Below, one piece after another: positions 48,862 through 58,686 of a stretch of DNA of 64,000 bases; position 1 is the first letter of the stretch; the number at the start of each line of letters is the position of its first letter. The notes under the pieces are model-generated. The model had not been told where the DNA came from, ran no database searches, and saw only the letters and a list, made by a program, of their open reading frames with translations. The DNA comes from an uncultured Phycisphaerales bacterium (lineage in GTDB: Bacteria > Planctomycetota > Phycisphaerae > Sedimentisphaerales > Anaerobacaceae): positions 288,001 through 352,000 of the forward strand of contig OY970359.1 of the NCBI GenBank assembly GCA_963718665.1. Reading direction: 5' to 3'. A program made the translations under genes and the position numbers.

Positions 48862-50037
48862 GTGAATAAATCTGATAAAGCATTGATTACCAGAGCAAAA
48901 GAGGCGGCGATAAAAGTCCTGCTTCACAATGCTCACGGCCCATACAAGGGTCTGCCTCGAACAGCCGGCTGGGGATATCCGGAACCATATACGCGCGACC
49001 TGATGGTATCGTCGCTGGGTATCCTGTTGACGAGAAACACCAAGTTAATCAAGTCCCTGCAAAAGACGCTCGAAACCGCCGCCAGCAATCAAAGTCCGCA
49101 GGGGCATATCCCGTCATTAGTTCACGACCGCGAAGACCGCGGGTCAAGCGACTGCACCCCCCTGTTTTTAACAGCCGTCGCCCTGTTCAGGCAGGTAACT
49201 GGAAAGAAAAATTTTCTCGAGCCGGCAATCCGCAAAGCGATTGTTTGGATGGAACATCAAAGCCCCACAAACCGCGTCCTCGTCGCCCAGCTGCCGACAA
49301 GCGACTGGCGTGACGAGCAATGGGTCCTTGGATATGGGTTGTATGTGAATACCCTTGTGTATGCTTATCTGCATTTGTTCGGACAACACAGGCGAGCGGC
49401 GGAGCTTAAGGAGCAGATGGGCAGATTTTTTGTGCGCGGTGACAGGCAAAACAGGCACATACACGAAGGACTTGTGTTGCCGAATAAACCATATTACGCA
49501 TTGTGGGCTTACAAGGTCTATAGAAGCGAACGCTTTGACCTTTTAGGTAATAGCATTGCGATTCTTACGGGGCTGGCATCGACCTCAAGGGCGAGAAGAA
49601 TAATATCGTGGGTCGAGGCGGAATGCCAGTCAATGAGAAAAAATGGTGAGCTGGCGGGGAATCTGCCGCCGAATTTCTTTCCATATATCAGGCCCGGGGA
49701 CCCTGACTGGTTTGCCAGATACGCGAAATACAACAAACCCGGAGATTACCATAACGGGGGTATATGGCCTTTTGTTTGCGGGTTTTATGTGGCAGTGCTT
49801 GTGGCGGCAGGCAAATACGAACTTGCCGAGGAAAAACTGCTGTCATTAACGGAACTTGTGAGGCCTGCCCGCAAGGCAAAGGTTGAGTTTGGATTTAACG
49901 AATGGTTCAAGGCACAAAACGGCATCCCCCGCGGCGAGGACTGGCAAAGCTGGTCGGCTGCGATGTACTTTTACGCCGCCCAGTGCGTAGAGCAAAAACG
50001 AACGCCTTTTTTTGACCGGATTCGGCAATTCGCCTGA
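48862..50037 (+). CDS. Six-hairpin glycosidase (GH100 / amylo-alpha-1,6-glucosidase-like)
   Basis: YPEPYTRD, SDWRDE, RFDLLGNS, YHNGGIWPF, FNEW, QSWSAA. Confidence 0.8.
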   Translation: MNKSDKALITRAKEAAIKVLLHNAHGPYKGLPRTAGWGYPEPYTRDLMVSSLGILLTRNTKLIKSLQKTLETAASNQSPQGHIPSLVHDREDRGSSDCTPLFLTAVALFRQVTGKKNFLEPAIRKAIVWMEHQSPTNRVLVAQLPTSDWRDEQWVLGYGLYVNTLVYAYLHLFGQHRRAAELKEQMGRFFVRGDRQNRHIHEGLVLPNKPYYALWAYKVYRSERFDLLGNSIAILTGLASTSRARRIISWVEAECQSMRKNGELAGNLPPNFFPYIRPGDPDWFARYAKYNKPGDYHNGGIWPFVCGFYVAVLVAAGKYELAEEKLLSLTELVRPARKAKVEFGFNEWFKAQNGIPRGEDWQSWSAAMYFYAAQCVEQKRTPFFDRIRQFA

Positions 50038-50095
50038 AAATAATCCCTGTGCCCTTTCGATTGACAGATATTTCCTGACCGGCTAACCTATACTT

Positions 50096-50947
50096 ATGGC
50101 TCGTCTGCTGCAAATCTTGTTTGTCTGCTCGGTTGTAATGTTGGCCGCCGGCTGCGACAACGCTCAGAAAAAACCGAATACCGAAGGTATTAAAATAGGC
50201 GACATTGCGCCGACCGGCAAGCGTGCTCAGCCACAGCACCTGCGAACGACCAATATCGAAATCATAAGTTATGAGCTGCCTGCGGATAACATCACATCAA
50301 TGGAAGGCGTCTGGCAGATGCTGAAGCCGGGGACACTGCGATACAATGACCTTGACGGTTTTGCAGCAAACGGGTTGCGAGCTGCTATGGGCAATTTCGC
50401 CGCGTTTAATAAAGTTACCAAGATATTAAAAAACGCAAACGCGAATAATCTGCCCAAGAATTCGCTGTTATTGTCGGACAACCAGCCGGAAATGATCAAT
50501 ATAACCAGAATATCGCACAAGACCATCTCTTTCATAGGTCGGCAGGGCGTCGTCAAAAACGCAGATGTCGGGCCTGGAATTGTCGGGTTACAGGTGCTCT
50601 CGAGACAAATCATCAGCGATTCAGCTTTACCCGGGACAAACAAGCCGCCTGAATCCAACGTTGAGGTACAGGCGAACAGGCCGCAATTAGCGAACATCCA
50701 GATAACGCCTGTAATTTTTTCCTCGACCGAAGGCGCTGCGCCTGCGCTGGCGGAACGAATCAGGGAAAACGACTTACGGATTTACTCAGCGGGATTTTCC
50801 GCGATGATGAAGCCGGGCGATTTTGTCCTGCTAAGCCCGCGAGAATACAATCCCGATGAAACCACGGCGTCGGGCCGATTCTTTACCCAAAGCGGGCCTA
50901 AGCCGATTATCACGGTTTATTTGCTGGTCTGTGTATCAATTTTTTAG
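50096..50947 (+). CDS. Hypothetical lipoprotein
   Basis: Lipobox LAAGC; uninterrupted ORF with its own promoter. Confidence 0.7.
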   Translation: MARLLQILFVCSVVMLAAGCDNAQKKPNTEGIKIGDIAPTGKRAQPQHLRTTNIEIISYELPADNITSMEGVWQMLKPGTLRYNDLDGFAANGLRAAMGNFAAFNKVTKILKNANANNLPKNSLLLSDNQPEMINITRISHKTISFIGRQGVVKNADVGPGIVGLQVLSRQIISDSALPGTNKPPESNVEVQANRPQLANIQITPVIFSSTEGAAPALAERIRENDLRIYSAGFSAMMKPGDFVLLSPREYNPDETTASGRFFTQSGPKPIITVYLLVCVSIF

Positions 50948-50949
50948 TC

Positions 50950-51888
50950 ATGCCGATAAAACCGATAGTAGCGCTGACACACTGCACCGAATACAGAGAA
51001 CCTGTCGTTGCCGAGGCAATCGCCAGACAATTCGAGCTGTTGGGCGGAATCGAACAATTTATCAAAAAGGGTGACAGCGTCCTGCTGAAGCCCAACCTCA
51101 TCGCTCCGAAACCACGCCGCTGCGCCACGCAAACCGACCCCGCGGTCATAATAGAAACCGCCAGGATACTTAAGGATTTTGGCGCAAGGCCATTTGTCGG
51201 CGATTCGCCGGCGTGGGGAGACGTTTTTAAATGCGTCAGCATGCTGGAACTCGAAGAGCCGCTGAAGAAACTGGGTGTACCCGTCAGGCAGTTAGATAAG
51301 CCGGTGAAGCGTAAGATAGCCGGCGTCGATGTCGGTATAAGCTCGGCTGCCCTTGATGCCGATAAAATTATCAACCTGCCGAAATTCAAGGCACATCAGC
51401 AGCTTGTGGCAACGTTCGCAGTAAAGAATATGTTCGGCTGTGTAAGCGGCAAGTGGAAGGCGTACTGGCATTTCGCAAAAGGCGGCAATGAAAAGAAATT
51501 CTGCAAGCTGCTCATCGAAATATACAAACTACTAAGCCCCGCCCTGACCATTATCGACGGCGTAATCGCGATGGACGGCCCGGGGCCAATCAGCGGCAGA
51601 CCAAGGGCTTTGGGCTGGCTAATCGGAGGAACAGAGCCGATTGCCTGTGAAATAGTATGCAGCAAACTGATAAATTTATCGCCGGAATCACTGCCCATCA
51701 TCAAAACCGCCAAACAAATCGGTCTCGGTTGTGCTAATTTTGACGATATAACAATCGTTGGGGACCCATTTCCACAAACCGTCTGCACCGACTTTGCATT
51801 AGCCAAGCCGATTCCAATCAGGTTTTCATTGCTTCACGTTTGCAAAAGCATCTGCAAGCAAATCCTTCTGCTCGCCCGTCCACGTTGA
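50950..51888 (+). CDS. DUF362 domain protein
   Basis: VLLKPNL, TDPAVI, GDSP, INLPKFKAH, AVKNMFG, IIDGVIAMDGPGP. Confidence 0.88.
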   Translation: MPIKPIVALTHCTEYREPVVAEAIARQFELLGGIEQFIKKGDSVLLKPNLIAPKPRRCATQTDPAVIIETARILKDFGARPFVGDSPAWGDVFKCVSMLELEEPLKKLGVPVRQLDKPVKRKIAGVDVGISSAALDADKIINLPKFKAHQQLVATFAVKNMFGCVSGKWKAYWHFAKGGNEKKFCKLLIEIYKLLSPALTIIDGVIAMDGPGPISGRPRALGWLIGGTEPIACEIVCSKLINLSPESLPIIKTAKQIGLGCANFDDITIVGDPFPQTVCTDFALAKPIPIRFSLLHVCKSICKQILLLARPR

Positions 51889-51920
51889 CAGTCCCCTGCC
51901 GTTGGGCTAATATCCGGATT

Positions 51921-52958
51921 ATGCCTGAAAAAACGATTAACATATTAGGTATTGAGACGAGCTGTGATGAAACAGCCGCGGCGGTTGTCGCAGACGGCAA
52001 AACCGTCAAGTCATCGATTGTAACCTCGCAGGCCAAACTGCACGAGAAATACGGCGGAGTCGTTCCCGAAATCGCCTCACGCGCCCATATTGAAAATATC
52101 TACCCCGTGATAACCGAGGCACTCAAAACAGCCAATGTTAGCAAAGATGATATCGCCGCAATCGCGGTCGCAAACCAGCCGGGTCTGGCTGTCGCGCTGG
52201 TCGTGGGCGTAACGGCGGCAAAGACACTGAGCATGGCCTGGAATAAACCATTGATAGCGGTCAATCATCTTCACGCGCATCTGCAATCAGCAATGATAGC
52301 GGAGCAGGATTTGCAGTTGCCGGCAATTGCGCTGATTGTTTCCGGCGGGCATACCTGTCTTTACGAATGCGAATCACCTCTCGAATTGAAATTGATTGGC
52401 CGATGTATCGATGACGCGGCGGGCGAGGCGTTTGACAAGGTCGCCACGATTTTGAAGCTGCCCTACCCGGGCGGCCCATCGATTGAAAAGGCGGCCAAAA
52501 CGGGCAACCCGCACGCGATAGATTTTCCGCGTTCAATGCTGGGGGCGGATTCGCTTGATTTTTCGTTCAGCGGCCTGAAGACGGCGGTGCTTTATCACTG
52601 CCGGGGACAGGAAATGAAGGGACAATCCAAAGTCGATTCGATGAGCAAACAGGAAATAGCCGATATCGCAGCGTCGTTTCAATCGGCGGTAGTTGACGTG
52701 CTGATAGAAAAAACCCAAAGAGCAATCGACAATGTAAGGGCAAAGACCGTTTTATTGGGCGGGGGCGTCGCGGCAAACAGCTCGCTGCGGGCCGTTCTTG
52801 TGAAGATGTGCGAATCATATACGCCGGCGAAAAAGCTGCTGGTAGCCCCGAAAGCATATTGCACCGACAACGCCGTTATGGTAGCTTCGCTTGCGTATCA
52901 TAAATATAAAGCGGGTCTGTTCGCGGACCTGACGCTTGAACCAAAAGCAAACGGTTAA
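51921..52958 (+). CDS. tsaD: tRNA t6A threonylcarbamoyltransferase TsaD
   Basis: LGIETSCDET, GGVVPEIASRAH, HLHAH, VSGGHT, DDAAGEAFDK, CTDNAVM. Confidence 0.96.
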   Translation: MPEKTINILGIETSCDETAAAVVADGKTVKSSIVTSQAKLHEKYGGVVPEIASRAHIENIYPVITEALKTANVSKDDIAAIAVANQPGLAVALVVGVTAAKTLSMAWNKPLIAVNHLHAHLQSAMIAEQDLQLPAIALIVSGGHTCLYECESPLELKLIGRCIDDAAGEAFDKVATILKLPYPGGPSIEKAAKTGNPHAIDFPRSMLGADSLDFSFSGLKTAVLYHCRGQEMKGQSKVDSMSKQEIADIAASFQSAVVDVLIEKTQRAIDNVRAKTVLLGGGVAANSSLRAVLVKMCESYTPAKKLLVAPKAYCTDNAVMVASLAYHKYKAGLFADLTLEPKANG

Positions 52959-52969
52959 GGAGTAATCAT

Positions 52970-53737
52970 ATTCAGCCGGAACAGTTAAAAAAGTTGCTAC
53001 AGCAGGTCAAAAACAGCGATGTAACCATCGATGAAGCGGTCGAGAAGCTGCGTCATTTACCTTACGAAGACCTCGGTTTTGCACGCGTTGACCACCACCG
53101 TCATATCCGCCAGGGGTTTCCTGAGGTGATTTACTGCCCCGGCAAGACAAACGAACAGATAATCAAAATTTTCACTGCGCTTGCGGCAAAAGGCAATAAC
53201 GTCTTGGCCACAAGGGCAGGGGAAGATGTCTTTGAGGCAATCGTGAAAACGGGAGAATTCCCTCTCGCCCGATATGAAAAAGCAGCCAGAGCAATAGTTC
53301 TCGAACAAAAAAAGCTTACGCCATCGAAATCGGTCCTGCCGATAGTAACCGCGGGCACGGCTGATTTGCCCGTCGCTTCCGAGGCCAAAGTTACCGCGGA
53401 GATTATGGGCCAGCAAACAGAACTGGTCTGCGACGTGGGCGTCGCGGGCCTGCACCGATTGCTTGCTCACGTGCCAAAATTGCAGCAAGCCAACGTTATA
53501 ATCGTAGTTGCGGGAATGGAAGGCGCGCTTGCCAGCGTTGTGGGCGGACTTGTGAGCTGCCCGGTAATAGCAGTGCCAACAAGCGTTGGTTACGGCGCGA
53601 GTTTCGAGGGGCTATCCGCTCTTTTGACGATGCTCAATAGTTGCTCTTCAGGCGTTACGGTTGTGAATATCGACAACGGTTTTTCCGCGGCTGTTACCGC
53701 CACACTAATAAACAAAAAAATTGACGCAGGAAAGTAG
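52970..53737 (+). CDS. larB: Nickel pincer cofactor biosynthesis protein LarB (probable ATT start)
   Basis: DHHRHIRQGFPEVIYCPGK, TAGTAD, DVGVAGLHRL, AGMEGAL, AVPTSVGYG, VNIDNGF. Confidence 0.9.
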   Translation: MQPEQLKKLLQQVKNSDVTIDEAVEKLRHLPYEDLGFARVDHHRHIRQGFPEVIYCPGKTNEQIIKIFTALAAKGNNVLATRAGEDVFEAIVKTGEFPLARYEKAARAIVLEQKKLTPSKSVLPIVTAGTADLPVASEAKVTAEIMGQQTELVCDVGVAGLHRLLAHVPKLQQANVIIVVAGMEGALASVVGGLVSCPVIAVPTSVGYGASFEGLSALLTMLNSCSSGVTVVNIDNGFSAAVTATLINKKIDAGK

Positions 53738-53805
53738 GAATAGGTGGGATATTATCCCCGCCTCACATTTTCAGCAAAGCCGCTAACGACCACTGTACCG
53801 GCTAT

Positions 53806-54300
53806 TTAATACTCTCTTTTATAACTCTTTATAACTTCTCTGACAAATCTCTCCCAATCACCCTTTGTGTCTAAGAAAAAAGCCCGCTTTTTTCCAAATG
53901 TTGATTCAGTTGATAAGTGATAAGGCTTGTAGCTTTCACTCCTTGTCAAATAACAATATACCCAACCTCTTCCTTCGACTTTAACTCGATAACGACGGTA
54001 TTTCTCTGCGTCATCGCCAAAAGAACCTAACGCTTTTATTTCAATGGCCACATTGCCTACCAATAAGTCAACTTTAGCTCTTCCATAAAGAGGAACCTGC
54101 TCTTTTACAAGTGTCGACAACCCCAGTACCATTAATTCTTGGCACAAACAATAGCGAATTGTTTGTTCGTAAACCCACCCATTCAGTCCTGTAACATTTG
54201 GTTTCCTGCCCTCAGCAGCAGGTAAAGAAGCAAGCAGTTGACGCGCTTTATCTAAATTCTCCTGATAAAGCTTTTCTACTGTATTCTCATCGTATTTCAT
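53806..54300 (-). CDS. Orphan PD-(D/E)XK nuclease-like protein, AT-rich
   Basis: GWVYE...EQV...KVDLLVGNVAIEIK. Confidence 0.6.
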   Translation of the reverse strand: MKYDENTVEKLYQENLDKARQLLASLPAAEGRKPNVTGLNGWVYEQTIRYCLCQELMVLGLSTLVKEQVPLYGRAKVDLLVGNVAIEIKALGSFGDDAEKYRRYRVKVEGRGWVYCYLTRSESYKPYHLSTESTFGKKRAFFLDTKGDWERFVREVIKSYKREY

Positions 54301-54461
54301 CTTTTTGATCTCTGACTATTCTGCTCCACTTGTACCATCTGTTCTTGGTTTCACATAAGTTCTCCATTTATTCCTGATTATAAATCCTCCGACCTGCTTA
54401 TCAAATCTTTTATTGACCGTATCCAGCGTAATTTATACCATACAGCAAGAAATGAGGTTAT

Positions 54462-55319
54462 ATGCAGATAATAAAAAACATCCCGAAACTAAAACCAAGA
54501 GCAAGTGACTCTCATAAGGGCGATTTCGGCAAGGTTTGCATTATCGCGGGCAGCATCGGTATGAGCGGTGCGGCTGCTCTTGCAGGAAGGGCCGCGTTGC
54601 GGGCAGGCGCGGGATTAGTGCGAGTAGCAACACCTAAAAGCATCCTACCAATTGTCGCGTCAATCGAGCCATCCTTCACAACCATCCCCCTGCCCGAAGA
54701 CAACGCGGGCAGAATCGCTGCAAGTGCCGTTAATACAATCCTTAATCTGATTTCTGATAATGACTGCATCGCCTTCGGGCCGGGGCTTGGCATTACGCAA
54801 GGCGTATGTGCGATACTTGAACGGCTGCTGGAGCAAAAGGGGCTGCGATTGATTATTGATGCCGACGGGCTGAATAACCTGAGTAAAATAAACGATTGGC
54901 CGAGTCAAAACAAAGCAGACATTATTTTGACGCCTCACCCGGGTGAAATGAACCGGCTCTGGACGGGACTTTTCAGAACCCCCCTGCCCGCTGACAGAAA
55001 AATCCAAGCAATACAAATGGCAAACAAAACAGGGACGACCGTCGTATTAAAAGGGAAAGGCACGGTAGTTACTGACGGCGAAAAACTATATGTGAATAAA
55101 ACAGGCAATCCCGGTATGGCTACGGGTGGGACAGGCGATGTCCTGACGGGCATAATAACCGCGCTGGTTGGCCAGGGGTTGAGTAATTTTGACGCGGCGG
55201 TGCTTGGCGTTTACGTTCACGGGCTGGCAGGAGACATCGCGGCAAAGAAATTTGGGCAAATAAGTTTAATCGCCACGGATGTTGTTGAGTCGCTTGGTGA
55301 GGCGTTTAAGAAAATATAA
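54462..55319 (+). CDS. nnrD: NAD(P)H-hydrate dehydratase (stand-alone YjeF_C)
   Basis: SHKGDFG, GAAALA, GPGLG, DADGL, LTPHPGE, VLKG, GMATGGTGDVLTG. Confidence 0.94.
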   Translation: MQIIKNIPKLKPRASDSHKGDFGKVCIIAGSIGMSGAAALAGRAALRAGAGLVRVATPKSILPIVASIEPSFTTIPLPEDNAGRIAASAVNTILNLISDNDCIAFGPGLGITQGVCAILERLLEQKGLRLIIDADGLNNLSKINDWPSQNKADIILTPHPGEMNRLWTGLFRTPLPADRKIQAIQMANKTGTTVVLKGKGTVVTDGEKLYVNKTGNPGMATGGTGDVLTGIITALVGQGLSNFDAAVLGVYVHGLAGDIAAKKFGQISLIATDVVESLGEAFKKI

Positions 55320-55345
55320 AATCACATAATACTGCGAGATTTAAA

Positions 55346-55702
55346 ATGGACAAAACAAGAGAATTTTTTGCGAAGTTCAAAACGGATATGGATAAAATGA
55401 AGGCCGAGATTCCTGATACATTGCAGGGCTTCGGCGGACTATTTCAAAAAGTGATGAAAGACGGCGCATTGACCGTAAAGGAAAAGGAATTAATCGCCCT
55501 GGGTATAGGCGTAGCTTCACACTGCCCACCCTGTATCCGTTCCCACGTACAAAAATGTCTGGAAGCCGGGGCAACCAGACAGCAGATTCTCGAAGCGGCA
55601 TCGGTATCGGTTGTAATGGCAGGCGGCCCTGCTTATGTTCACATACCAATGGTTCTTGATACGCTCGACGATTTGCAAAATACAGGTTCCGATAAGAAAT
55701 AG
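55346..55702 (+). CDS. Carboxymuconolactone decarboxylase/AhpD-family protein
   Basis: GALTVKEKELIALGI...CPPCIRSH...EA...MAGGPA. Confidence 0.9.
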   Translation: MDKTREFFAKFKTDMDKMKAEIPDTLQGFGGLFQKVMKDGALTVKEKELIALGIGVASHCPPCIRSHVQKCLEAGATRQQILEAASVSVVMAGGPAYVHIPMVLDTLDDLQNTGSDKK

Positions 55703-55851
55703 GGTTTCAGCCACACAAACCTTCGTTATCTGAGCATAGAGCAAATAACCCGCATATCGTCTATTTGCCGGGCCGATTTTTTCTGGCAATTTTCACTTGT
55801 CGCTGGTAGATTATCATCGCTTAGATAGCTACACACTTTAAGTCGGAAAAA

Positions 55852-56598
55852 ATGGATAATAACCAGACAAATTCGCGTTCAAAGCCGGATAAAGAAATGA
55901 CCGGAGGCGGTACGGCCGTGCAGAAAGCCGAGTCGTCTTCGCATTTCAAGCGGAATCTTGTCCCCCTCCATGAGTACGCCGCGAGGCAGGGAATCTCAAG
56001 CGACATAGTCGAACAGCAGGGTCAGCTCGGCGTCATCCAGATAAGAAAATTCAAGGGGCAAAAATTCGTCGTGGATGTTTCCCCTGAGCAGCTGAGCGAA
56101 TTTGAAAATGAGAACACTGCAGAAACCACCCGCAAAGCCGTTGTGCCTCGCGCAACAACCTCCTCCAAAATTTTCACCGTAGTCCTGGCCGCTGTTACTA
56201 TGGTCATTATAGTCGGCCTCTTTTGGCTTTATATGGACGCCAAAACGAAATTGGACGACCTTACCGCCGAATACAAAAGCATCCAGAACAGATACAACGA
56301 AATGACCCGCACAAACCAAAGCTTAAAAGCGATGCAGGAACAGCTTGTAAGCGCAAAAGCGGAATTTGCCAGCATTCAGAATCGAATTGCCGCGTCGAAA
56401 ACCGATATGGAAAAAATTCAGGGCGACCTGAACAAAACGAAACAAAACCTCGACACTATTCAGTCGGAACTGACAACCGCCAACGAACAGATGTTGCCAT
56501 CCAAAGTCGAAATAAAAAACATCCAAAAAGGCTTGAACGAAATCAAAAACCAGCTGGATACGCTCTATCGGCAAAATACCGAGGCGGGGGTAAGGTAG
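55852..56598 (+). CDS. Hypothetical protein: HTH-like N-terminus, one TM helix, long coiled coil
   Basis: LVPLHEYAARQGISSDIV...G; hydrophobic helix; heptad-rich C-terminus. Confidence 0.65.
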   Translation: MDNNQTNSRSKPDKEMTGGGTAVQKAESSSHFKRNLVPLHEYAARQGISSDIVEQQGQLGVIQIRKFKGQKFVVDVSPEQLSEFENENTAETTRKAVVPRATTSSKIFTVVLAAVTMVIIVGLFWLYMDAKTKLDDLTAEYKSIQNRYNEMTRTNQSLKAMQEQLVSAKAEFASIQNRIAASKTDMEKIQGDLNKTKQNLDTIQSELTTANEQMLPSKVEIKNIQKGLNEIKNQLDTLYRQNTEAGVR

Positions 56599-56620
56599 CC
56601 GCTTTGTGGTTTCCCTCTTG

Positions 56621-57211
56621 TTATTGCATACCTTTTATTTTCAGGCAATTCAGCAGTTTCCAGCCGGCCGGCAAAACAGCCGCGGCAAGAACCACCTTGA
56701 GAATATCCCCAACGATAAAAGGATAAAGGCCGACCGCTAACGCAATCCTGATATTGGTCATAATCGCAAGCCAGCACACGCCAAACGTATATAACACGAT
56801 TTCACCAGCGAGCATAGCGGCTATGGTCGTGCTGACTCGCCTGTCCCAGCCCATTTCGGCTAATTTGCCGACGACATACGCCACTGCAACAAAGCCGACA
56901 AGATAACCGCCCGTCGGACCTATCAAAGTCGCCGGCCCCATTCCGCCGGCAAAGACAGGCAGCCCCAAAATCCCTTCCACAAGATACGCAATAATCGTCA
57001 GAACACCCCGCTTAGAGCCGAGCAGCGCCGCCAGCATCAAAACGGCAAATGTTTGACCGGTAATCGGAACCGGACTAATCGGAAGATACACTTTTATCTG
57101 CGAGCTAAGGCCAAGTATCAATGAGCCGCAAATGATAACCATCGCGTCATACAAAACCGCCGAAATCTTTTCATCGGGCCGAAAAACATCAACAACCGTG
57201 TTTTTAATCAT
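56621..57211 (-). CDS. bioY: Biotin transporter BioY
   Basis: PVPITGQT, GLPVFAGG, GPTGGYLVGF, PFIVGDILK. Confidence 0.93.
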   Translation of the reverse strand: MIKNTVVDVFRPDEKISAVLYDAMVIICGSLILGLSSQIKVYLPISPVPITGQTFAVLMLAALLGSKRGVLTIIAYLVEGILGLPVFAGGMGPATLIGPTGGYLVGFVAVAYVVGKLAEMGWDRRVSTTIAAMLAGEIVLYTFGVCWLAIMTNIRIALAVGLYPFIVGDILKVVLAAAVLPAGWKLLNCLKIKGMQ

Positions 57212-57379
57212 AACTCAATGCGCCTTCCAAACGTAAATTACTATGTGTTAGCGTTAACGCCACTGGGATTATAACTGATGAAACCAGCCGCGTCAAACAC
57301 CGCGGTTTGGGCTTGATTCAGGACTACGAAAATATATAATGTTATAGCAGTGCCGTTCAAACACAGGTGAGGTTCAACA

Positions 57380-57775
57380 ATGAGAAAAACAGCTATAATT
57401 CTATACCTGCTGATAATCGCCGGCTGCAAAACACCGGACAATCCCCGGCCCGTTTCCCGATTCGATATCGCCATTGAAAACCTGAGCATAACAAGCCAGA
57501 AGCTGGAAGACCTGCGAATGGAAAAGGACATTTTCGTTAGATTGCTGGATGACTTTGAAAAGCAAAAAGCAGAACGCATTGGCATATTAGACGCCAACGA
57601 AATTGATAAGCAGACCAAGGTCTTCGCCGAATGGCACAGAGATATTGCCCAGCGGGAAAAAGACCTGACTATCGAAGACACGATGAACGTCCTCGCCGCT
57701 CACAGAGAGATTTTAAAACGCAGAGCCGCCGAACGAAATGAAATCACACTTGCCAGCCCGGCCGGAAAACCATGA
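57380..57775 (+). CDS. Hypothetical lipoprotein
   Basis: SD GAGGT; lipobox IIAGC. Confidence 0.65.
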   Translation: MRKTAIILYLLIIAGCKTPDNPRPVSRFDIAIENLSITSQKLEDLRMEKDIFVRLLDDFEKQKAERIGILDANEIDKQTKVFAEWHRDIAQREKDLTIEDTMNVLAAHREILKRRAAERNEITLASPAGKP

Positions 57776-57807
57776 GCAGCCCGCCGAGAAGCGAGCGGGA
57801 TGAATAC

Positions 57808-57880
57808 TGGGCGGTACAGGACTTGAACCTGTGACATCCTGCGTGTAAGGCAGCGCTCTGGCCAACTGAGCTAACCGCCC
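57808..57880 (-). tRNA. tRNA-Val(TAC); 5' anticodon stem one nucleotide short
   Basis: GGGCGGT/ACCGCCC acceptor; GAGC-G-CTGC-CTTACAC-GCAGG; TTCAAGT T-loop. Confidence 0.88.
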
Positions 57881-57982
57881 GATTCAATTCGGGTCAGGAT
57901 ACCCTTCCCGAACGCTTGCGTCAATATCCTTGATGGTTTATACTCGTATCTGATATTGAAAACAATTATTCGGAGACGCATT

Positions 57983-58495
57983 ATGACGGTGTTTGAGGTA
58001 ATTAAAAAGAGATACTCGTGCAGAGCTTATATTGATAAGCCGGTGGAACAGGACAAGCTCGACCGGATTTTTGAGGCGGCCAGAGAGGCGCCGTCGGCCA
58101 AAAACCTGCAGGACTGGCGATTTGTTGTCGTAACCGACAAAAAAATAAAACAGCAGGTTGCCGGCTGCACGAATCATCAGGATACGTTTGGACAGGCCGG
58201 CGCGATTATCGCGGCTTGTAGCGTCTGCAAAGATACGATGAAATGCGGCCAGCAGATTGCACCGATTGACGTATCAATCGCGCTGGAGCATATCGCCCTT
58301 ATGGCGACGGAACTGGACCTGGCGACCTGCTGGATCGGCTCATTTGACGCCGAAAAGGTCAAACAGATTCTGGCAATTCCAAAAGATGTTGCTATAATTG
58401 AACTGATGGCGCTTGGCTATCCCGAGAAGGGTCACAGGCAAACGACACGGGAACCAGTTAAAAATATAGTTTGCTATGACAAGTGGCAGTTTTAG
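57983..58495 (+). CDS. Nitroreductase family protein
   Basis: IKKRYSCRAY, APSAKNLQDW, DVSIALEH, TCWIGSFD, LGYP. Confidence 0.92.
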   Translation: MTVFEVIKKRYSCRAYIDKPVEQDKLDRIFEAAREAPSAKNLQDWRFVVVTDKKIKQQVAGCTNHQDTFGQAGAIIAACSVCKDTMKCGQQIAPIDVSIALEHIALMATELDLATCWIGSFDAEKVKQILAIPKDVAIIELMALGYPEKGHRQTTREPVKNIVCYDKWQF

Positions 58496-58506
58496 TGAGC
58501 AGTAAT

Positions 58507-58577
58507 GGGGACGTGGTGCAACGGGAGCACACCGCGGTCGCATCGCGGGAATGAGGGTTCGATTCCCTTCGTCTCCA
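58507..58577 (+). tRNA. tRNA-Ala(CGC)
   Basis: GGGGACG/CGTCTCC with G3:U70; CCGCG-GTCGCAT-CGCGG; TTCGATT T-loop. Confidence 0.92.
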
Positions 58578-58686
58578 TTTTTTTATTTTCTTCGGCAAGC
58601 CCTCGATATCACAAAACCTCACGTTAAGAAATGAGCGACGGTATGGCAACTTGCGGCGTATGCTCAGGTCGTGCTATACTGACGGT

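Noticed and set aside
57780..58650. tRNA-anchored genomic island
   Set aside because: No integrase, and no duplicated tRNA 3' end noticed next to any of the four tRNAs
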